A stretch of 64,000 nt of DNA from a virus (Duplodnaviria > Heunggongvirae > Uroviricota > Caudoviricetes): the IMG/VR virus record IMGVR_UViG_3300044712_000123. One strand, given 5' to 3'. A program made the translations under genes and the position numbers. The notes beneath the pieces were generated by a model. It was not told the origin of the DNA, ran no database searches, and saw nothing but the letters and a program-made list of their open reading frames with translations. Below, piece by piece: positions 47,529 to 58,652 of the stretch (position 1 is its first letter; every line of letters starts with the position of its first letter).

Positions 47529-49346
47529 ATGGCAGCAGACAAATTCAATTCTCTCACTGGCTATTCCGTCGGAATACCTGCCGTCTCAGTAATTGATGCT
47601 AATGGAAACGTTGTTTCCAACTTTTTAAATCTATCAGGTAACGTTTCAGCTAACAAAGTCTATGCTAATAGTTTTTTCTATAGTAACGGACAGCCCTTTA
47701 ACGCGAATCCAGGTGGCACTAACACACAGCTTCAGTTCAATGATAACAACACGTTAGGTGGTATTCCCAATGTCACTTGGAATGGCAGTACATTAACGTT
47801 AGGTACCGTCTCTGCTGTTTCTATCGGGGGCGGTGTTAACGGATACGTTCTTCAAACTGACGGTACTGGTAACCTGTCTTGGACAGCCCAGACAGGTGGA
47901 GGCGGTGGCAATGGATCACCCGGTGGTTCAAATACTCAAGTTCAGTTTAATGATGCAGGCACATTTAATGGGGATGCGGGATTTACGTATAACAAGTTAA
48001 CTAACACCTTAAACGTAGAAAACATTGCTGCTGGTAACTCTCCTGATGATACTGTTAACATTGCAGGAAATTTAAGTGTTACTGGTGATCTTATTGTAAA
48101 TGATGTTGCATCTGTTGGAAATCTTTCTACAACCGGAAATGTAGTAGGTGAGTATTTAGTTGGTAACGGCTATTATATTACGGGTCTAACAACTGACATT
48201 GCTAACTACGTTGCACAACCTATTCAATCAAACATTACGTCTGTCGGTACTCTGACTGGCTTATCATTATCTGGTAACGTAACCAGTACTGCCAACATTG
48301 CTATTTCAGGTGACTATTCTGGGTCTAATTTAAGTTTAGGGGCAAACCTCTCAGCTTCAAATGGTGCTTTTAGAAATTTAGTAACTATTGGCAGTAACTT
48401 AACAATCAACAACTCTGCGGTTCTACGTATTGCAGGTAATCTAAACGCTGCAGGGAGTCCAGACATTAGTTTAGGAACACTGGGAAATATTCATATCACT
48501 GGTGGTTCTGGTGGACAAGTTATCACTACTGATGGCACAGGTAACCTATACTGGGGTACTGGCGGCGGTGGCGGCGGTGGCACACCTGGTGGTAATAATC
48601 AATCTGTGCAGTTTAATAACGGCGGAGACTTTGGTGGGGTAAACACATTCACTTTTGATAGTAGTAGTGGTTTGCTAACCGTTCCTAAAATCAAAAGTAA
48701 CAGCACAGCTAACTTTCAAGGCGCATCAAGTGTTAATTTAGGTAATGTAGGTAACCTACATATCAGCGGAGGCTTAAACGGATACGTTCTTCAAACTGAC
48801 GGGTCTGGAAACCTTAGTTGGTCTGCAGGTGGTGGCGGTGGAAATGGAACCCCTGGTGGTTCAAATACGCAAGTACAGTTTAATGATAATGAAAACTTTG
48901 GTGGCAGCGCCTACTTTACATTCAACAACTATACTAACACATTGCAAGTTGGTGGTAATCTTATTGCAAATAGCTTCCAAATGGGAGCAGGAGCATATAA
49001 ATGGTCAACTAGCTTAGTCTACTTTGCAACTACAGTAAGTAACTCACCGCAACAAGCTCTTTATTCAATTCCAGTAAGTGAAATCTCAGGAGTTGAGTTT
49101 GAAATTATTGCAACTGAACCAGCTGGCCCAAGTAGACAATCATGTAAAATTAGTTCTCTCTACTATGATGGTACAGTTCAATTTACTGAATACGGTAGCT
49201 TGTTTGTCAACGGTGGCGTTGGAAACTTCGAAGTAGATTATGACGCTGGTAACATTGTAACACCTCCGTCATTAGTATTAATGGTAACTCCAAATACTAG
49301 TAATCCAGTAACATATAAAATGTTGATTACACAGTTCGCACCTTAA
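47529..49346 (+). CDS. Fibre-like virion protein 1
   Basis: Repeated GGxNGYVLQTDGxGNLSW...PGGxNTQVQFND modules and Gly-rich linkers; own GATAAATA promoter at 47493-47500. Confidence 0.75.
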   Translation: MAADKFNSLTGYSVGIPAVSVIDANGNVVSNFLNLSGNVSANKVYANSFFYSNGQPFNANPGGTNTQLQFNDNNTLGGIPNVTWNGSTLTLGTVSAVSIGGGVNGYVLQTDGTGNLSWTAQTGGGGGNGSPGGSNTQVQFNDAGTFNGDAGFTYNKLTNTLNVENIAAGNSPDDTVNIAGNLSVTGDLIVNDVASVGNLSTTGNVVGEYLVGNGYYITGLTTDIANYVAQPIQSNITSVGTLTGLSLSGNVTSTANIAISGDYSGSNLSLGANLSASNGAFRNLVTIGSNLTINNSAVLRIAGNLNAAGSPDISLGTLGNIHITGGSGGQVITTDGTGNLYWGTGGGGGGGTPGGNNQSVQFNNGGDFGGVNTFTFDSSSGLLTVPKIKSNSTANFQGASSVNLGNVGNLHISGGLNGYVLQTDGSGNLSWSAGGGGGNGTPGGSNTQVQFNDNENFGGSAYFTFNNYTNTLQVGGNLIANSFQMGAGAYKWSTSLVYFATTVSNSPQQALYSIPVSEISGVEFEIIATEPAGPSRQSCKISSLYYDGTVQFTEYGSLFVNGGVGNFEVDYDAGNIVTPPSLVLMVTPNTSNPVTYKMLITQFAP

Positions 49347-49381
49347 GGTGTTTAGATAAATATAAGAAATAGGATAAAATC

Positions 49382-52339
49382 ATGGCATTAAAACCCCTAA
49401 ACTCGGTAGCAGGTTTCTCAGTAGGTGAAACACCGTCGAACGTTATTTTAGCTAACGGCGACATAACGACTACTAACATAACCACTACAGGTGTTGCAAA
49501 CTTAAACGCTATTGGCAACGTTAGGATTACTGGCGGTACAACTGGACAAGTCATTCAGACTGATGGCTCAGGTGTACTCTCGTTTGTCACTATCAGTACA
49601 TCAGGACTTACGAACGGTACAAGTAACATTCAAGTTCTGAATAACGGTAACATTACATTCAGTAGTGCAGGTAATGCAAACATCGCAGTTATTACCGGAA
49701 CCGGAGTTAATGTATCCGGAACATTGAATACATCTGGTAATGCTAACGTAGGTAACTTAGGCACAGGTGGGTTGATTACTGCTACTGGTAATATTACTGG
49801 TGCCAACATCATCACTGGTGGTATTGTATCTGCTACAGGTAATGGTACATTTGGTAATATTTCTACAAGTGGTGTACTGTCTGTAACTGGTAATGCTAAC
49901 GTAGGTAACTTAGGTACTGCTGGAGTATTTGCAACAACATTGAGTGCAACTGGTAATGCTAATATTGGTAACATCGGAACTGCTGGTCTAATAACCGCAT
50001 CAGGTAATATTCAAGGTGCTAACTTAGTTACCGGCGGTGTAATTAGTGCAACTGGTAATGCTAACGTAGGTAACTTAGGTACTACTGGAGTCTTTGCAAC
50101 AACATTGAGTGCAACAGCAAATGCTAACGTAGGTAACATTGGCTCTGCTGGTATTATTACTGCAGGTGGAACAATTACCGGCGGTAACTTAGTCACTGGT
50201 GGCACATTAAGCGTAACAGGTAACGCAAACATTGGTAACATTGGTGTATCAATTCTTACTGCTACTGGTAACGGTACTTTTGGTAACATCAGTACTGCAG
50301 GATTAATCACAGCTACTGGTAATTTGAATGCAGGTAACATCATCACTGGTGGTATTGTATCTGCTACTGGTAATGGTACATTTGGAAACATCTCTACTGC
50401 GGGTACTATTACTGCTACGGGTAATGCAAACGTTGGTAACTTAATCTCTGTTGGTACGGGTAGTTTTGGTGCTAACGTCAACATGAACAGCAAGAATATC
50501 AACAACCTTGCTGAGCCAAGTCTTGCGCAAGATGCTGCTACCAAGCAATATGTTGATAACATGTCTTCTGCTGGTATCGCTTACCACACTGCGGTAGTAG
50601 CTGCAACTACTACTACGCTAGCTACTACTACAGGTGGCACGATCACTTATAACAACGGTTCAAGTGGTGTCGGAGCTAACTTAGTTACAACTGGTTCTTT
50701 CAACTTAATCGATACTGCAAACGTACAAACTATCGGTACTCGTATCTTAGTTAAGAACGAAGCTAATGCTGCATGGAACGGTGTCTATACATGGGCTAAC
50801 TCAACCACGATTGTTCGTGCTCTTGACGCTGACACATATGGACCTGATAGCACTACTGACTTGAGCTTGAACGATTACTTCTTCGTATCTGGTGGCGATG
50901 TTAATAAAGGATCTGCTTGGGTGGTTAGTGCACCTACTGGTGTAATCACTTTTGGTACTTCTAATATTACATTTAGCCAGTTCAGTAGCTCACAAACATA
51001 TAGTGCAGGAACTGGTTTAACGTTAACAAGTACTACATTCAGTGTAAACAATACACAATCACAAATTACTAGCGTCGGTACACTAACATCATTGAGTGTT
51101 TCTGGTAACGCAAATATTGGTAATATAGGTACTGCTGGAATTATCACTGCTACTGGCAACATTCAAGGTGGTAACTTGACTACTGCAGGATCTGTAGTAG
51201 CTAGTACACTAACATCAAACGTAGCAACTGGAACTGCCCCAATCGTAGTTACATCAACTACGTTAGTTCCTAACTTGTATGTAGCACGTGCTAACGTAGC
51301 AGAATTTGCTAATATTACTACTCAGTCATCTGGTAATGCATATTTAATGTTTGCAAATGCTCTGACTGGTAACGTTGCTGAAAGTGCAAACGCTGTCTTT
51401 GTTGCTAACACAACAAACGGTACGTTGTATGCAACTACATTCAATGGTAACTTAGTTGGTACTACTTCAAGCGTTTCTGGTAATGCTAACGTTGGTAACT
51501 TAGGAGCAACAGGTGTATTTGCAACTACTGTTAGTGCTAGCGGAAACATTACTGCAGGTAACTTGATTGGTATCTTTGCAAATGGAAACTCTAGTATCTC
51601 GATTCCGGCAGCTAACGGAAACATCAACATCTCTGCTGCTGGATCTACTAACGAATTAGTAATCACTTCAACTGGGGTCAACGTAGCCGGTACATTAAAT
51701 GCAACTGGTAATGCTAACGTAGGTAACTTGGGCACTACGGGTGTCTTTGCAACTACAATAAGTTCAACTGGTAATGCTAACGTAGGTAACTTGGGCACTA
51801 CGGGTGTCTTTGCAACTACAATAAGTTCAACCGGTAATGCTAACGTAGGTAACTTAGGTACAGCAGGCTTAATCACTGCAACTGGCAACATCTCCGGTGG
51901 CAACTTGACTACTGCAGGCTTAATTACTGCGACTGGTAACGTTACAGGTGGCAACTTGACTACTGCAGGTGTCGTTCAAGGTGCAACTGCAAACTTCACT
52001 ACATCAGTTACACAAGGAACCACTGTAACAACAGTTGGAACAGTAACAACGACATCTATTACAGCTAACCAAACTATTGCTAGCTTCTCTACAACTGGTA
52101 TTACTGGGGTAGAATATCTAGTTAAAGGTGTTGATGCTACCGGTGCTAAGTATAGCGTTGCAACGGTACATGCTGTAACTGACGGAACTAACGTTGATTG
52201 GTCAGTATTTGGTGGTGTAATTTTAGGTGCCGCAACTGGTTCATTATCAGTTAATATTAACGGTGGCTTCATTAGATTGGCAGTAACTCCTGCAAGTAGC
52301 AACAGTACTGTTTGGACAACACAATATAGATTAATCTGA
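49382..52339 (+). CDS. Fibre-like virion protein 2
   Basis: Many TGNANVGNL/TGNITGGNL repeats and a DAATKQYVD + RILVKNE module; own GATAAATA promoter at 49355-49362. Confidence 0.8.
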   Translation: MALKPLNSVAGFSVGETPSNVILANGDITTTNITTTGVANLNAIGNVRITGGTTGQVIQTDGSGVLSFVTISTSGLTNGTSNIQVLNNGNITFSSAGNANIAVITGTGVNVSGTLNTSGNANVGNLGTGGLITATGNITGANIITGGIVSATGNGTFGNISTSGVLSVTGNANVGNLGTAGVFATTLSATGNANIGNIGTAGLITASGNIQGANLVTGGVISATGNANVGNLGTTGVFATTLSATANANVGNIGSAGIITAGGTITGGNLVTGGTLSVTGNANIGNIGVSILTATGNGTFGNISTAGLITATGNLNAGNIITGGIVSATGNGTFGNISTAGTITATGNANVGNLISVGTGSFGANVNMNSKNINNLAEPSLAQDAATKQYVDNMSSAGIAYHTAVVAATTTTLATTTGGTITYNNGSSGVGANLVTTGSFNLIDTANVQTIGTRILVKNEANAAWNGVYTWANSTTIVRALDADTYGPDSTTDLSLNDYFFVSGGDVNKGSAWVVSAPTGVITFGTSNITFSQFSSSQTYSAGTGLTLTSTTFSVNNTQSQITSVGTLTSLSVSGNANIGNIGTAGIITATGNIQGGNLTTAGSVVASTLTSNVATGTAPIVVTSTTLVPNLYVARANVAEFANITTQSSGNAYLMFANALTGNVAESANAVFVANTTNGTLYATTFNGNLVGTTSSVSGNANVGNLGATGVFATTVSASGNITAGNLIGIFANGNSSISIPAANGNINISAAGSTNELVITSTGVNVAGTLNATGNANVGNLGTTGVFATTISSTGNANVGNLGTTGVFATTISSTGNANVGNLGTAGLITATGNISGGNLTTAGLITATGNVTGGNLTTAGVVQGATANFTTSVTQGTTVTTVGTVTTTSITANQTIASFSTTGITGVEYLVKGVDATGAKYSVATVHAVTDGTNVDWSVFGGVILGAATGSLSVNINGGFIRLAVTPASSNSTVWTTQYRLI
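51702..51855 (+). repeat. 63-bp tandem repeat (~2.4 copies, 21 aa unit TGNANVGNLGTTGVFATTISS)
   Basis: Copies start at 51702, 51765 and 51828; the first two are identical at nucleotide level. Confidence 0.9.
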
Positions 52340-52375
52340 TGTTTTCTTTCAGAATAAATAAGCTGAGAGAAAAAT

Positions 52376-55300
52376 ATGGCAAGTAAACAATTTAACGCAG
52401 AACAAGGATACACAATTGGTTCAAACACGATAGTTACTATCGTGGATGCCAACGGTAATGTGTATGCTAACACCCTTTCAGCTACCGGTAACGCGACTGT
52501 AGGTAATTTAACCTCAACTGGCATTGTATATGCTAACAACAATATTGTTGTTGGGTCAAATACGACTGAGGGTGGTCAGATAGTGATGGGTTGGGTTGGA
52601 ATTAACGGGATGACCGGTCAAGCCAACGGCACATGGAACATGGATGTTGATTCGTCTAATAATTTCCGATTGTTCACCCAAAACGCAACTGGCGTAGTAA
52701 GCGGAATTACAATGACTGCTTACTCTAGTAACAACACTACGTCATTTGCCGCAAACTTATCAGCTCCTTATTTCATTGGTAACGGTAGTCAGTTAACTGG
52801 TATAACTGTATCAGCCGGTTCATCCATCACTAACGGTACAAGTAATGTAAGTATCCCATCGTCAGGTGGCAACATTAACATGAGCGTTGGGGGCACTGCC
52901 AACGTAGTAGTAGTTTCTAGTAATACTGTTACTGCCACTACTTTTGCTGCTACTAATAACGGAAACGCACTAAACTTTAAAGTAGGCGATGATGCATGGT
53001 TAGGTGATATCAACAATGCAGACACTGTTGGTTTGATAGGCCAACAAAACGCAGCTAACGGATATATTGTATTTGGTAATGCAGATAACTCAACTAAGTT
53101 AGGTCGTTCAGGATCTGGACCATTAACTTATGCAGGTGCATTTTCTGCATCAGGCAACGTTACTGGTTCTAACTTAGTAACAGGTGGTTTGATTACAGCT
53201 ACCGGTAACTTGAATGCAGGTAACATTATTACCGCAGGCGTTATGAGTTCAACTGGTAATGCAACACACGGTAACATAATTACAGGTGGTTTGATTACAG
53301 CTACCGGTAACATCACCGGCGCTAAAGTAATAGCGAACGGTACTATTGGTGATGGTATTGTAGGTGGCGCATTGACATCAGGCGCAACTAAAGGTACTGG
53401 TGTTACTGGTCAAGCATATGTATCAGCAACTGGAGATACCGGCGCAGCAGTTGGTGTTCGTGGCTACGCACTCGATACTCACTCAGGTGGTTACAACATT
53501 GGTGTATTAGGTAACGCTGCTGGTTCTGGTCTTGGTAACTACGCTTTCTATGTTCAAGCAGGTAACATTGGTTCTATTGAAACAGTGACTGCATGGGACT
53601 TATTTGATAACAGTGCAACTTCATTAACATTCCAGTCAACTGGAAAAGCAAACATTCTAGGTCTTGATACAAGAGACGGTGCTGAAGGTGTTTACACATC
53701 TGGTTACTTGAACGTAACAGGCAACGTCACTGCATCAAGATTGATTTCAAATATCGCAACAGGTACTGCACCACTAACAGTTACAAGTACAACACGTGTT
53801 GCTAACTTAAACGTTTCATATGCAAACGTAAGTGACTTCAGTTCTGTAGCTACAGCAACAACAGGTAACTATTACCTCAATATGGTCAATGCGTTGACTG
53901 GTAACGTACAAGAGTATGCTAATGCTACTATCTTTGCAAACGTCAGTAATGGTTCGTTGTATGCAACTACTTTTGTTGGTTCACTGAGTGGTACTGCTAC
54001 ATCTGCGACCACTGCAGGTACTGTAACAACAAATGCACAACCAAATATTACAAGTACAGGTACACTTGCATCTTTATCTGTATCAGGTAACGCAAACATT
54101 GGTAACATTGGCACTGCTGGATTGATTACAGCTACTGGTAATATCACAGGTGGAAACTTGGTTACAGGTGGCGCTATCAGTGCTACTGGTAACTTAACAG
54201 CAGGCAATGCAACAATTGGTTCTGGTTCCGGTGGTAGTATCACTGGTGCAAACTTAGTTTCTGCAAACTTCTTTACCGGTACATTAACAACAGGTGCTCA
54301 ACCAAACATTACTAGTGTTGGTACACTTGCATCTTTATCTGTAACTGGTAATGCAAACATCGGCAATATTGGTACTGCTGGCTTAATTACTGCAACTGGT
54401 AATATTCAAGGTGGTAACTTAGTAACTGGTGGACAGATTTCTGCAACTGGAAACTTAACAGCAGGTAACGCAATCATTGGTACTGACTTGTATGTTGGTA
54501 CTGGTGCATCAAGTTCTGGATTAACTAACCCAGTTGTTGTAGCAAGAGACACAGCCGCAACATATATTCAAGTTGCCGCAGTTAACACAAGCAACGCAGG
54601 TTCTGCTGACTTTGCAGCGTATGCCGATAACGGCAATGACGTACAGGGTTGGGTTGACATGGGCTTCACTGGATCAAACTTCAGTGACGTTAACTATACA
54701 ATCACAGGTAAGAACGACGGTTATGTCTTTGCTAACGGTGTTACCGGCAACAGTAGTTTTGGTGGTAACTTAGTATTTGCAACAGGTAACGGTGGTGCTA
54801 ACAACGATATCGTTTGGGCTACCGGTGGCTTCTTAGCAGTCAACGAAAAAATGCGTTTCCAACATAGCTTGGGAACAATGAACATTAAACCAGCAACAGT
54901 GTCAACAACTACCGGTACTGGTGCATTAATTCTTTCTGGAACAAATGCAGGTTTAGGTGTAGCAGGAAACATCAACGCCGGCGGTGCAGCAAGTATTACC
55001 GGTAACGTATCTGCTGGAAACATCAATACGTCTGGTACTGAAACAGCATCTCGCTTCATATCAAACGTAGCAACAGGTACAGCACCACTAACTGTCACAA
55101 GTACAACACGTGTAGCTAACTTATCTGTAGCTTATGCAAACGTCAGTGATTATAGTGTAGTAAGTACAGCAACTTCAGGTAACTACTACATAAACTTTGT
55201 CAGTGCATTAACCGGTAATCTACAAGAATTTGCTAATAGTGTGTTTGTTGCCAACGTGTCAAACGGAGCAATTACTGCAACTACATTCGTTGGCGCACTG

Positions 55301-58300
55301 TCAGGTGCTGCAACTACTGCAGGTACTGTAACAACAAATGCTCAGCCAAATATTACAAGTACAGGTACACTTGCATCCTTATCTGTCACCGGTAACGCAA
55401 ACGCAGGTAACTTTAATACTGCCGGGCAATTCGTATCGACTGTTGCAACAGGAACTGCACCTATCGTTATTTCTTCAACTACAAAAGTTGCCAACTTAAA
55501 CGTTGAGCAAGTTGATGGATATGATGCTAATATTTCTTCTGTAGCTAGTAACATTGTTGTGCGTGATGCTAACGCAAACGTCAATGCTAATAATTTTAGT
55601 GCTTCTGGATTAGTAACTGCTACTGGTAATATCACAGGTGCAAACTTAATAACCGGTGGCTTGATTACTGCTACTGGTAACTTGAATGCAGGTAATATTA
55701 TCACTGCTGGTATTATGAGTTCTACTGGTAACGGTACTCATGGCAACATTATCACTAGTGGATTGATAACAGCAACCGGTAACTTGAATGCAGGTAATAT
55801 TATCACTGGTGGTATTCTAAGTGCTACAGGTAACGGTACATTTGGTAACGTCACTGCTACATTACACGTAGGTAATTTATCTGGTTCAGGTAATAGTAAC
55901 GTAGGTAACTTGGGTACAACTAACTTAGTTGCAACTGGATCTGGATCATTTGGCGCAAACGTCAATATGAACAGTTTCAGCATTAACAACTTAGCAACTC
56001 CCGTCGCTAACGCTGATGCTGCAACAAAACAATATGTTGACCAACTTGCGTCTACTGGATTGGCATATCATACTTCTGTTAATGCTGCAACTACAACTAC
56101 ACTAGCTACCACTACAGGTGGTACTATCACTTATAACAACGGTTCAAGTGGTGTAAACGCTAACTTAGTTACAACTGGATCATACACAACAGTTGACGGT
56201 GTTAACATTGCATCCGTTGGTGCTCGTATTCTAGTTAAGAACGAAGCAAACGCAGCATGGAATGGTGTTTATACATACGCTAACAGCACTACAATTGTTC
56301 GTGCAACTGACGCCGACACGTATGGTCCTGCAAGTACAACTGACTTGAGTGAAAACGATTACTTCTACGTTCCTGCAGGTACAGTGAACATCGGTACTGC
56401 TTGGGTAGTTACTACGACAGGTGTAATTACATTTGGCACTACAAACATTACATTTGCACAGTTTAGTAGTTCGCAAGTTTATTCTGCTGGTACTGGATTA
56501 ACATTAACAAACACTACTTTCAGTGTCAATGCAAGTCAAACACAAATTACAAGTGTTGGTACACTAACATCATTGAGTGTAAGTGGTAATGCAAACGTGG
56601 GTAACATTGGTGCAACTACGTTTGTTGGTACACTAAGCGGAGCAGCAACTACAGCCGGTACTGTAACAACTGCGGCACAACCTAACATTACAAGTGTTGG
56701 TACACTCACTTCATTGAGCGTATCAGGTACAGCAACTGTTGGTACAGTTAACGGAGCACACAACGGTACAGTTGGTGCTACTACTGCAAATACAGGTGCA
56801 TTCACAACAATCAGTGCTACTGGTGCAATCACAAGTACACTAGCAACCGGTACTGCTCCTTTCGTAGTAACAAGCACCACGCAAGTTGCTAACTTGAGTG
56901 TAGCAACCGCAGGTCTTGCTACATTTGCAACAACTGCAAACTCAGTAGCAGGAGCTAACGTATCCGGTACCGTAAGCTCTGCAACTACCGCAGGTACAGT
57001 AACGACAGCAGCACAACCCAATATTACAAGTGTTGGTACACTAACAAGTTTGGGCGTTTCAGGTGCAGTAACCGCAAGTACATTAGTTTCGAACGTTGCT
57101 ACAGGAACTGCTCCGTTAACAGTTACATCTACCACACGTGTTAATAACTTGAACGTGGCATATGCTAACGTTGCTGATTTTATTAACGTTACTACTACTT
57201 CTACTGGTAACTCATATCTACTTTTAGCAAATGCTATTACAGGGAATGTCTCTGAGGTTGCTAACGCGGTGTTTATTGCTAACTCAAGCAATGGTGCGAT
57301 TCATGCAACAACATTCGTTGGTGCATTAAGCGGTGCAGCAACAAGTGCAACGACTGCAGGTACAGTAACAACCGCAGCACAACCAAATATTACAAGTGTT
57401 GGTACATTAACTAGTTTGTCATCTAGTGGTAACATCACTGGTGCTAACATTACTGGCACACACTACGGCGCGGCAACAGGATTGACAAGTATTCCTGGTG
57501 GTAACGTTACTGGTACAGTAGCCAATGCAACGTTTGCTACTAGTGCTGGATCTGCAACTTCTGCAACTACTGCTGGTACTGTAACAACTGCGGCTCAACC
57601 TAACATTACTAGTGTTGGTACATTAACATCGTTAGGTGTCAATGGAACAGTAACAGCAACAGCGTTTACAGCTAACACTGGGGTGTTTACTGGTAATGGT
57701 AGTGGATTGAGTGCTATTGCAGGTGCAAACGTAACTGGTACTGTAGCTAACGCAACATATGCAGTAAGTGCTGGATCCGCTACTACTGCTACATCAGCTA
57801 CTACTGCTACATCAGCTACTACCGCAGGTACCGTAACAACTGCTGCCCAAGGTAATATTACAAGTGTTGGTACACTAACTAGTTTATCTGTATCTGGAAA
57901 CGTAAATGCCGGTAACGTTATTAGCTCAGGTGGAGTTCAGGCAGCAGCCGGTACAGGCTTCCAATCAACAGCCTACATCGTTAGTGCAAGAAACCCAATC
58001 TGGAACTTCTTTAACGCTAGTGGATATGGTATCAGTTATTTCCAAGGTACTGCTGGTATTGGTGGAGCGGATACAATCACTATTCACCCTAACGGAAACG
58101 TCCTTTCAAACGGAGCACCGTTTGCAGTTACAAGTTCTGCGGTTGTTTTCACAAACATGACAACTGGTTCAAACGTAACAGCTGGTACTATTACTGGTAA
58201 CTGGACATTAACTGCTGGATCTAAGTTGAATGCTACATACGCTGACTTGGCAGAAAAGTACGTAGCGGATGCAGAATATGAGCCGGGTACAGTTCTAGTA

Positions 58301-58612
58301 TTTGGCGGTGAACAAGAAGTTACATTGTCAACAGAAACTGACTCATTCAGAGTTGCTGGTGTTGTTACAACTAACCCTGCATACACTATGAACGATGCAT
58401 GTGAAGGTGAACACGTTGCTACTATTGCGTTGCAAGGACGTGTACCAGTTAAAGTTCTAGGTCCTGTATACAAAGGTGACTTATTAGTATCTACTGGTAA
58501 TGGATATGCCACTGCTAATAATATAGCACGTGCCGGTACTATCATTGGTAAGTCTCTACAAAACTTCTCATCTGCATCTGGAATTGTTGAAGTAGCTGTT
58601 GGTCGATTCTAA
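52376..58612 (+). CDS. Long fibre protein 3 with C-terminal intramolecular chaperone-like domain
   Basis: 2078 aa of fibre repeats (AQPNITSVGTLTSL, TGTAPLTVTSTTRVANL); C-terminal YADLAEKY...GVVTTNPAY.MN...IALQGRVPVKV.G...KGDLLV..IIGKSL resembles peptidase G2/S74-type chaperones. Confidence 0.82.
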   Translation: MASKQFNAEQGYTIGSNTIVTIVDANGNVYANTLSATGNATVGNLTSTGIVYANNNIVVGSNTTEGGQIVMGWVGINGMTGQANGTWNMDVDSSNNFRLFTQNATGVVSGITMTAYSSNNTTSFAANLSAPYFIGNGSQLTGITVSAGSSITNGTSNVSIPSSGGNINMSVGGTANVVVVSSNTVTATTFAATNNGNALNFKVGDDAWLGDINNADTVGLIGQQNAANGYIVFGNADNSTKLGRSGSGPLTYAGAFSASGNVTGSNLVTGGLITATGNLNAGNIITAGVMSSTGNATHGNIITGGLITATGNITGAKVIANGTIGDGIVGGALTSGATKGTGVTGQAYVSATGDTGAAVGVRGYALDTHSGGYNIGVLGNAAGSGLGNYAFYVQAGNIGSIETVTAWDLFDNSATSLTFQSTGKANILGLDTRDGAEGVYTSGYLNVTGNVTASRLISNIATGTAPLTVTSTTRVANLNVSYANVSDFSSVATATTGNYYLNMVNALTGNVQEYANATIFANVSNGSLYATTFVGSLSGTATSATTAGTVTTNAQPNITSTGTLASLSVSGNANIGNIGTAGLITATGNITGGNLVTGGAISATGNLTAGNATIGSGSGGSITGANLVSANFFTGTLTTGAQPNITSVGTLASLSVTGNANIGNIGTAGLITATGNIQGGNLVTGGQISATGNLTAGNAIIGTDLYVGTGASSSGLTNPVVVARDTAATYIQVAAVNTSNAGSADFAAYADNGNDVQGWVDMGFTGSNFSDVNYTITGKNDGYVFANGVTGNSSFGGNLVFATGNGGANNDIVWATGGFLAVNEKMRFQHSLGTMNIKPATVSTTTGTGALILSGTNAGLGVAGNINAGGAASITGNVSAGNINTSGTETASRFISNVATGTAPLTVTSTTRVANLSVAYANVSDYSVVSTATSGNYYINFVSALTGNLQEFANSVFVANVSNGAITATTFVGALSGAATTAGTVTTNAQPNITSTGTLASLSVTGNANAGNFNTAGQFVSTVATGTAPIVISSTTKVANLNVEQVDGYDANISSVASNIVVRDANANVNANNFSASGLVTATGNITGANLITGGLITATGNLNAGNIITAGIMSSTGNGTHGNIITSGLITATGNLNAGNIITGGILSATGNGTFGNVTATLHVGNLSGSGNSNVGNLGTTNLVATGSGSFGANVNMNSFSINNLATPVANADAATKQYVDQLASTGLAYHTSVNAATTTTLATTTGGTITYNNGSSGVNANLVTTGSYTTVDGVNIASVGARILVKNEANAAWNGVYTYANSTTIVRATDADTYGPASTTDLSENDYFYVPAGTVNIGTAWVVTTTGVITFGTTNITFAQFSSSQVYSAGTGLTLTNTTFSVNASQTQITSVGTLTSLSVSGNANVGNIGATTFVGTLSGAATTAGTVTTAAQPNITSVGTLTSLSVSGTATVGTVNGAHNGTVGATTANTGAFTTISATGAITSTLATGTAPFVVTSTTQVANLSVATAGLATFATTANSVAGANVSGTVSSATTAGTVTTAAQPNITSVGTLTSLGVSGAVTASTLVSNVATGTAPLTVTSTTRVNNLNVAYANVADFINVTTTSTGNSYLLLANAITGNVSEVANAVFIANSSNGAIHATTFVGALSGAATSATTAGTVTTAAQPNITSVGTLTSLSSSGNITGANITGTHYGAATGLTSIPGGNVTGTVANATFATSAGSATSATTAGTVTTAAQPNITSVGTLTSLGVNGTVTATAFTANTGVFTGNGSGLSAIAGANVTGTVANATYAVSAGSATTATSATTATSATTAGTVTTAAQGNITSVGTLTSLSVSGNVNAGNVISSGGVQAAAGTGFQSTAYIVSARNPIWNFFNASGYGISYFQGTAGIGGADTITIHPNGNVLSNGAPFAVTSSAVVFTNMTTGSNVTAGTITGNWTLTAGSKLNATYADLAEKYVADAEYEPGTVLVFGGEQEVTLSTETDSFRVAGVVTTNPAYTMNDACEGEHVATIALQGRVPVKVLGPVYKGDLLVSTGNGYATANNIARAGTIIGKSLQNFSSASGIVEVAVGRF
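57779..57822 (+). repeat. 18-bp tandem repeat (GCTACTACTGCTACATCA, ~2.4 copies; ATTATS)
   Basis: Read directly from the sequence. Confidence 0.85.
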
Positions 58613-58652
58613 CACAATTTCACGATGTACTTCTCAACAGATAAGTACATTC

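Noticed and set aside
50455-56610. Diversity-generating retroelement template/variable repeat pair
   Set aside because: Both copies are in-frame coding, differences are not adenine-specific, neither copy is at a C-terminus, and there is no reverse transcriptase in the window
20304-58545. Long antisense ORFs opposite the spike, fibre and other genes (e.g. 20757-22187, 49630-52542, 56536-57291)
   Set aside because: Expected by-product of Gly/Ala/Thr/Asn-rich codon bias on the coding strand; no RBS or promoter support
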